Position numbers and translations under genes: made by a program
Notes under the pieces: model-generated
Seen by the model: the letters and a program-made list of their open reading frames with translations, nothing else
Told to the model about the DNA's origin: nothing
Databases searched by the model: none
From: Cenarchaeum sp.
GTDB taxonomy: Archaea; Thermoproteota; Nitrososphaeria; Nitrososphaerales; Nitrosopumilaceae
Direction: 5' to 3'
DNA: 64,000 bases
Assembly (NCBI GenBank): GCA_963693095.2
Contig: OY843768.1
Span: 480,001-544,000 of the forward strand
Shown here: positions 54,001 to 63,000 of the stretch, piece by piece
Layout of the letters: the number at the start of each line of letters is the position of its first letter
How positions within the stretch are numbered: the first letter of the stretch is position 1

Positions 54001-57000
54001 GCCGCACAGGGCATAGACGGCGCGTTCTCCTTTGAGATTGCAGTAAAGGACACGATAGCGGTTCCCAACGAGGCCACGATCACGCCAAGCGACGGGCACG
54101 TCTCCTCGTACACGGCTCCGGCGCCACCGGTGATAGACCGCGTGGATCCGGTGCCCGCACTCGAGTTTGTCGTGCCCACGACCATACGCGTGGACTTTGG
54201 CGAGACGGTGCTCGTGCCAACGACGACACTCGTGATCACCAACCCCGCCGGCTCGACTGTGGCCAGCTCCGACTATACGGTCTCCCATGACGCCTCGCGC
54301 CTGGACGCCGCCTTTAGGGCCAACCTGGCCGACGGGACATGGGCCGTGGCCATTCCCTCCGGCGTGACTGACCTTGCGGGCAACACGCCCACTGCGACTA
54401 GCGTGTCTGGCGCGTATGTCGGCCAGCCGAGCATAGCTGGCGCAATGACGGCAAGCCGAACCCTCACGGTAGTCGCGCTCAACGGTGCGGTCAGCGGCAC
54501 GACTGCTGCGCTCCAGTGGTCACTGACTGACGGCGCGACTGCTGTCATCGTGCGCGGTGTCGCAGACGGCGACACGACTGGCAACACGACGCCAGTCACA
54601 GCAGACACGGCAGCGGGCCGGGACACCTCGGTGGCAGTCACCTTGCCACAGGTCACGCTGCTCCATGACACGCTCAGCTCGACTGCGAGCACGCCCACTG
54701 TCTCCTATGCGCACTCTACGTTTAGCGGCAGGCTCGCGCGCGGCCCACTCGAGCTGGCATCGACGCCCTCAACGGTCGCAACTGACGCCGCTCCGCCCGT
54801 TGTGGGGCCGACGCCGACGTTCAACGACAGGACGCTCACGATAACGCTCTCCTTCAGCGAGGGCCTGGCGCCGCTGACTGCAGTGGCGGCAAACTTTGAC
54901 GTGTATGGCGTGATGGCCTCCGGGGCGCGCACTGCCAGCGCGCTCGCGCTGGCCGCCACGGACGGCTTTGCCTACACGGCCGGCGCGGCGGCCACGGACG
55001 CCTCGACAGTCACGCTAAAGCTGGCCGGCACTGACACGCACGCCTCGTACAGGGTCGTCATATCGCCGCTAGTCACTGACACGGCCACGCCGGCCAACGC
55101 GTACGTGCCGATACCGGACTCAAACCCCACTGACACAGTCGATGACGCCGACATCGCAGTCGCCAAGGTCGACACGATCGCCCCGTCGGCAAGCTCGCTA
55201 CGGTTTGCCGTGTACGACGACCAGCTGGACGAGTCCACGCAGGGTGACACGCTGGACCTCGGCACGCTGCGGGCGGGGGACAATGCGCTCTTTGCCAACG
55301 AGGGCGACACGATCCGCCTGACCCTCGAGCTCGACGAGGACGCCGCAGGGACGCCGATGGTGACAATACCTGGCACGGGCAGGACGCCAACGACTCCGAT
55401 GGGCAACGCCGGAGACACTGACGCAAAGACGTGGATACACGACCTCGAGGTCACGTCCACGACAGTCGAGACGGCGACTGCGGCGTTCACGTTCACCATC
55501 GCCGTGGCCGATGACACGACGCCGACGGCCAACACGCGCGACATCACGGAGTCATCTGGCCTCGGCACCGGCGTGACTGTCACGGTGCCGACCATTGACA
55601 GGACTGCGCCGGGCCTGCTCACCACGACGACAGTCGATGCGCTCCACACGCGCGTGAGGATAGCGGGCCAGGGCGCCGATGCGGCAGCGTCCACAGTCGC
55701 CGGCATTGGTGATGAGGTCAGGGTCGCAGTCTCGGCCACCGAAGAGCTGGTCACGGCAACATCTGACATTACGTTCCACGGCATGGCCGGCGCAGTCGCC
55801 ACGGCAGTCGATGATGGCGTGGGCAACGCGCACACGTACCGCCGCACGGTGGCCGACTCGGATGCCACCGGCCCTGTCTCGTTCAGCCTGGTCCTCGCCG
55901 ACAGGGCAGGCAACACGACGACACTCACCGAGGCAAACCTGACTGCGGATCGCGGGACAGGCTCGGGCAGGCGCGTCAGCGTGGACGCCGACGCGCCGAG
56001 CATCGAGTCGGCAAGAACGGTGTCGACGACGTCGCTGGAAGTCACGCTCTCTGAGAACGTCACGGGGACGTCGGCCAACGGCGACTGGGCCGTCGCCGGC
56101 GCCACCAACGTCGTAGTTAGCCCATTCTCGGGCAGCACGACGACGATCACGCTCACGTACACGGATACCGCGGACACGTCATTCGCGCCGATGGTAACGT
56201 ACACGGAGCCGGCGACCGGCGGGCCTGTCGACGCGGGCCGCAACGCGCTAGGGGGCGGGCTGGTGAGTGCAGTCGACGGCGTCAGTCCGACGTACACTGC
56301 GCGCACGGATACCGCGACGTCGACGGTCGTGACGTTTGGCGAGCAGGTCAGCGGCACGACGTCAGTCGGCGAGTGGAGCGTCGGGGGCAACGCCGCGACG
56401 CCCACACCTGCGATGCCCAACAGGGCCGGCACGATCACGCTGTCCCATGCGAGCACGGGCACGACTGGCGCGACGCCGGCGGTCCAGTACACAAAGCCCG
56501 CAGCGGGCATGGACGGCAACGCGATTGCTGACATCTCGTCCAACAAGGTGGCGACTGCCGCGCCGGTTGCGACTGACGGTGCGCCTCCGGTCGTCTCGAC
56601 TGCGGGATATGACGACACCAACTTTACGATCACGCTGGTCTTTAGCGAGCGCATCGTCGACTCGACAGTCACTGCGTCAAACATTGCGGTCTACGGCGTC
56701 ACGACGGCCGGCGCGCGCACGGCCAATGCGCTTGCGCTTGACACGGCGGTGGACACTGACGGCATCGAGCACGACATGACGAGCCTGACGGCGTCAACTG
56801 TGACGCTCCACCTGGGCGCAGAGGACACGCACGCGTCATACAAGGTGACAGTGTCGTCCTCGATAACTGACACGGCCTCGCCGGCCAACGCGTACGTCCC
56901 CGTGGTCAACCCTGACGGCGATGCGGCGACTGATGACAGCGACATTGGAGTCGTCAAGGTCGACACGATCGCCCCGACGTTTACCATGAGCACAGTCCAG

Positions 57001-60000
57001 CCCGACATCACGCTAGTCACGTTTGATGATGACATCAACGGCCTAGTTGCCGCGAGTCACTGGACTATGATGGGCGCTCCGCTGGGTGATCCCACCAGGG
57101 CGCCGGTATCCGCGCCAATCTTTGGGCTCACGATTGGCGACGTGGTGAACAACGCTGGCCAGGCGACGCCGGTGATCGGCAGCACGATGGTTGCGGCGGG
57201 CTCGGAGTTTAGGACACTCTCGTTTGCGCACCCGTATCTCGAGACGGGGGCATCGCACACGCTGGCGTACACAAAGCCCACGGGCCTTGCGGCGGGCCAG
57301 TCCGCACTCGCCGATGAGTCAGGCAACGACCTGGCATCCACGGTCCCACCGCACGCAAAGTCCGCTGACATTATCGCGCCGTACTATTTTGCCAACACGC
57401 GCACGCCACAGGTCACGAACATACTGTTCACAGAGGGCATCGGCGGAACCGCGCGCGCCGCCGACTGGACGGTCACCGATGAAGATGACGGCGATGCTGC
57501 CACGGACGAGGAGAGGCGGGTCCTCTCCGTGCGCCCTGGCAGGCACATGTCCGCCGAGGATGCCGCAGACAGGCGCACGTCTAGCACGGTGCCCCCTGGC
57601 TCCACGTTCATCACACTAACGCACGAGCCGCTCTCCTTGACGTCCTCGACGCCGTCGATCCGCTACACGCTTCCAACCGGCAGCGCGCTGGACTCTGCGC
57701 TGGCCGACGCAGCAGGCCTGCGCCTCGGGACGCCCTCGTTCGTGGATGCCACTGCGGCAGTGGAGTCAGTGGACCTAATGAGCCCGTCGATCGCCGCGGT
57801 GAGCTTTACTGACAGGTCAGAGGGCGACTATACGGTGTCATTGATCACGTTTACCGAGCAGCTGGCCAGCGTGCATCCCATCGGTGTCACGCTAACGCCT
57901 GTCGATCCGCAGGGTTCAGTCATCACTGGCCAGTCTGACGCCCAGTCCACCACCCTTGTCCCCACCGGCACCTATATGCTCGTCAACTGGCCATCGATCA
58001 TCGCCGAGGGGAGATACAACCTTGGGTTTACCACCACCCTGTCTGACATGAGGGCACCTGCCAACGCGTACGTGGCTGACCCCCTGCCAGTTGCGCGTGA
58101 CACGACGGCACCAACGTTCAGTGCGCGCACGGCGAGCACAAGCTCGGTCACCGTAACGTTCAGCGAGACCGTGTCAGGATCCACTGCTGCGTCCATGTGG
58201 TTCGTCGACACCGTGAGGGCATCGACTGTCACAGTGGGCACTGACGCGCCGTCCTCAGGCGCACTCGACGTTGACTCGATCACGTCGATCACGCTTGGCC
58301 TGGCCAATCCGCTCTCGGGCCCGGACGCGACACCGCAGGTCTCCTATGTCAAGCCGTCATCAGGAGGCCTGGCCGACGACCAGCCGTTCGTCGTCTCGCT
58401 CAACTCGCTTGAGAGCGACTCCGTGACGGCCGTTGACGGCATTGCGCCGGTGATAGCCTCGGCGTCGGCTGCCTCGGCGACATCCGTGACAGTCATGCTC
58501 AGCGAGGGCGTCACCGGCGCCACTGCGCCCGGCGAGTGGCGCGTCGGCACGGCGACGCCCGAGTCAGTCACGATAGCCGGCGTGACGCAGACTGGCGTGC
58601 TCACAGTCGCCGCGGCGGCCGACTCGCTCACGCTCAACCTGCGCTCCGCCGACTCCCTGGCGCCCGGCGCGACGCCGTCAGTGTCGTATGTGGCGCCAAC
58701 GGGACCGGGGGCAACGGTCCTGACTGATGGGGTAAGCCCGCTGTCCGGCACGCCGGTGACGGCCATCGACGCCACTGCGCCGAGGATAGCCTCGGCGGCT
58801 ACTGCCACCGTGACGTCCGTGACAGTCATGCTCAGCGAGGGCGTCACCGGCGCCACTGCGCCCGGCGAGTGGCGCGTCGGCACGGCGACTCCCGAGTCAG
58901 TCACGATAGCCGGCGTGACGCAGACTGGCGCGCTCACAGTCACAGTCGCGACTGACTCGCTCACGCTCAACCTGCGCTCCGCCGACACCCTGGCGCCCGG
59001 CGCGACGCCGTCAGTGTCGTATGTGGCGCCAACGGGGCAGGGCGCAACGGCACTGACTGACGGGACGAGCGCGCTGTCCGGCACGCCAGTCATCGCCACT
59101 GACGGCATTGCGCCGGCGATAGCCTCGGCGGCGACTGTTACCGTGAAGTCCGTGGCAGTCACGCTCACCGAGGGCGTCACCGGCGCCACTGCGCGCGGCG
59201 AGTGGCGCGTCGGCACGGCGGTCCCAGAGTCAGTCACGATAGCCGGCGTGACGCAGACTGGCGCGCTCACAGTCACAGTCGCGACTGACTCGCTCACGCT
59301 CACCCTGGACGCCGATGACGCCCTCACAACTGGGGCGACGCCGTCAGTGTCGTATGTGGCGCCGACGGGGCAGGGGGCAACTGCCCTGACTGACGGGGTA
59401 AACCCGCTCTCCGGCACGCCGGTCAGCGCAACTGACGGCATTGCGCCAACGGCGAGCGCCGCATTTGGCAGCCCGACTGCGATCGTCGTGACGTTCAGCG
59501 AGGCGCTTGCCGGCACGGCAAGTGCCATATCGGGCTACACGTATGCCGTCAAGGTTCCGGACGGCTCGACGGGGATTGCTGATGCTGATGCGGATCCGGA
59601 CGACGTCGCGCTGGCATCTACGAACGGCGCATCGTATGACGTGGCCTCAAGAACGCTCACGCTCAACCTCGCAGGTGGCGCAACGCGGGGCGTAGAGTAC
59701 ACGGTGACGCTTCCCGACGAGGATGGCCTCGACGATTCGGCCGGCGTGGAGCTTGCCTCAAGGGAGCTGCGCACGACGTACGCGCTCGTGCGCTCGATAT
59801 CCGGCGGCGAGGTGGACAATGTCACGCATGCCGGCACTCCCGCAGCGTCGCTGACAACTGCAAGCTTTTTGGGCTCGGGCCTGACTGATGCCGAGTTTGG
59901 CGCGCTCTCGGCTGAGGCGCGCACACGCCTGGCGTCTGGCACGTCGCAGGTATCGCGCGCGTCATTTGACGCGCCGTTTGGTCCGGAGGCGCCGACTCCC

Positions 60001-63000
60001 TCCTCGGTGGACCTCACAGAGTGGACAGTCATAGAGGGCGGGGCCGATGCCGTGTCTGACTCGTGCGCCAGGGTCGACTCGCGCGGCACGGACAGGGATG
60101 TCCTCTCGATAGTGGCAGTTAGGGACACCCACATGCTCTTGGAGCACGAGTCCCTCACGTACACGTCCTCGCGCGCGCACGTGATATACGCGCCAGACTC
60201 CAGCCCGTCAGTGGTGGCCGCCGCAGGCTGCGCATACATGGTCGACGGCAACGCGCATGTGGGCCTTGGGGCGGTGACGGCGTCATCCTCGGCGGCCGGA
60301 TACCCAGCAGACCGCATAGTCGCCACGTTCAGCGAGCCTGTGGGGCACGTGGCATCAGACGCCGGCGCGTCGGGGGCGAGCAGCGGAATGACGATCACGT
60401 GGAGGGACGCTGATGACACTGCTGACCGCCTGCTCACGGTGGGCGGCTCGGGGCTTGCGAGTGACGGCTCGACGTCTACTGTGACAGTCGTCGTGCCGGG
60501 CGCCTCGCCCCTGGATGACATTGCCGCCGCAGGCTCCACGACGGCGGCCCACTGGACGACGTATGCGCTTGGCATCAGGGCAGACCTCAGCCTTGGCGGC
60601 GTTGTGGACACCGCCGGCGCCATGATCCCGCGTGCCGGCACGACCATACTTTCCGGAGTCGCCGACGCGCTCGCGCCGGCGCCGACGACGCGCACGATAT
60701 CTGGCACGACAGTGACGCAGGCGTTCAGCGAGGATATCACGACAGACGCTGACGACTTTGCTGACGGGACGGCCACGATCACAGTCACGGCGCCAGACGC
60801 GACGTCGCGCAGCGTCACGTCAGTCACAAAGCCCACTGCGAGCACGCTGAGCTTTGTGCTGGATCCGCCAGTCGGCGAGCGTGACGTTGTGGAATACTCG
60901 GGCATAAGCGATGCGGCCGGCAACGTGTCAGTAAAGCCTGCCGTCACGGGAGTGAGAAAGGTGAGCTCGACGACGACGCTAGTAACGCTCAACACGCCAG
61001 TCTCGGGCTCGACTGACGCGTCACAGTGGTTTGTCACGGGAAGTGCCGCCGGAGAGGTGCGCGCCCGCGCCGCCGGAGTAGCCGCCGGCGAGGCCTCCAC
61101 AGTCACGGCAGACGCGGCCGGCAATGCTGCCGTAACTGCCACCATTGAGGACACGTTCACCATCCTGCACTCTGCACTGGCAGACTCGTCTGTCCCGTCA
61201 GTAGAGTACGTGCAGGCCGGCACGCGGCGCGTTGGGGCCTCTGGCCTCCTCCTCGGCTCGCCGATGCCGGTTCCGATGGTGCCAACGGTGGCCGGCGCGA
61301 TGACGACTAGCGCCACGACCACGGTTGTGACGTTGAGCGAGCCGGTCACGGGAATGACGACTGCCATGCAGTGGTTTGTCACGGGAAGCGCCACCGGCGA
61401 GGCGCGCGCCCGCGCCGCCGGAGTCGCCTCTGGCGTCTCCACGTCAGTGGCAGCCGACGCGACCGGCACGACTGCCGTGGCCGTGTCCTCCGGCAGCCTC
61501 ACAATCCTCCATGGCGCGCTGCAGGCCGGCTCAAAGCCCGTCATAGAGTACGTGCAGGCCGGCGCCGAGATGCTCTCCACGATCGCCGGTGCGCTGCAGG
61601 CCACCGCGTCGCCGCACGTGACGGCCACCGACGGCGTGGCGCCGACCATACTGTCTGCCGAGTTTACCGGCACCTCGACTATCACCGTGACGCTAAGCGA
61701 GCGCCTTGCCGGGACCGCCCAGTCGATCGAGGCCCTGCAGTACGTCGTCACGGCGCCAGACGGGACGGGTGCCCCAGATGCTGACACCGACGATGACACC
61801 ATACCGCCGCATCCGACCATCGGCCCGTCATACGCCGAGCAGGATGACACCTCGACGATTGTGCTGAGGCTGGCCTCTGATGGAGTCGACGGCGTGACGT
61901 ACAAGGTGACGCTTCCGGCGACCCTTGAGGACGAGTCGCAGAACGCCCTCGTCGGCCTGGAGCGCTCGGCGACACGTGACGCGTCGCCACCGCTGGCGAC
62001 TGCAATATCCTTTGAGGTGTACGGCAACGTGCTTGACGCGACGACGCTAAAGTCCGGCGCCTCGGCGCTCTATGCGATGGCCGGCGACACGATCAGGATG
62101 AGCCTCACGCTCGATGAGGTCCACAACGCCTCGCCGCCAACCATTACGATACCCGGCGCCGGCGTCACGGGAGCCGCAATGGGCACCGCCGGCGACAGTG
62201 ACGCAAGGACGTGGCGCCATGATCTCACAGTCATGTCCTCGACTGCCGAGACGACAGATGCCTCGCCGTTCTCCTTTACGGTCTCGGTGCGCGATACGGC
62301 GCTGGCGCCCAACTCTGGCACGATAACTGCGCGCGATGGCCACTCGGGCGTGCTCGACGTGGCACTGCCCACAGTCGACAGGACCGCCCCAACGTTCACC
62401 GCAACGCCATACGTCAACGGAACCGGCGTAATGGTCCTGTTTGACGAGCCCGTCTCAGGAGCCGTCCTCCCATCACAGTGGGAGGTAAAGAGCCAGGCAG
62501 CAGAGGCCTTGCACCCGTCGTTCATCGACACGGATAGAATTACCTCTGTTGACACAGCCGAGGTGCTGGCAGTGCAACTCCTAGCATCAGTTGGCTTTAT
62601 CGACAACCAGCTGGGCGCACTAGTCGTGTTTACGCCGGCATCGCCTCCAACGCTGGCTGACAGGGCCGGCAACACGCTGGGCGAGACGAGGACCAACACG
62701 ATTGCGTTTGACACGACCCCGCCAACGTTCACGGCAGTGACGACGACTACGACTACGACGACAGTCACGTTCAGCGAGCCTGTCCTGGGTCCGGCCACTG
62801 CCAGCCACTGGACAGTGGGCGGAGTGCAGCCCACGTCGGCTGCCCCCTCACCGATTGACAGGAATGTCTCCATCGAGCTCACGCACGCCGACGTTTCAGC
62901 ACCGTTCACGCCGACGATAGGGTACACAAAGCCCACGACTAACGCGGATCTGATAGTCGATGATCTTGGCAATCAGCTAGAGACACAGTCAAGGGCCGCG

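Noticed and set aside
58435-59433. Diversity-generating retroelement TR/VR pair
   Set aside because: Mismatches between copies are not adenine-specific (they include C/T changes), all copies are in-frame coding, and no reverse transcriptase is in the window. A trans-acting DGR elsewhere cannot be excluded.
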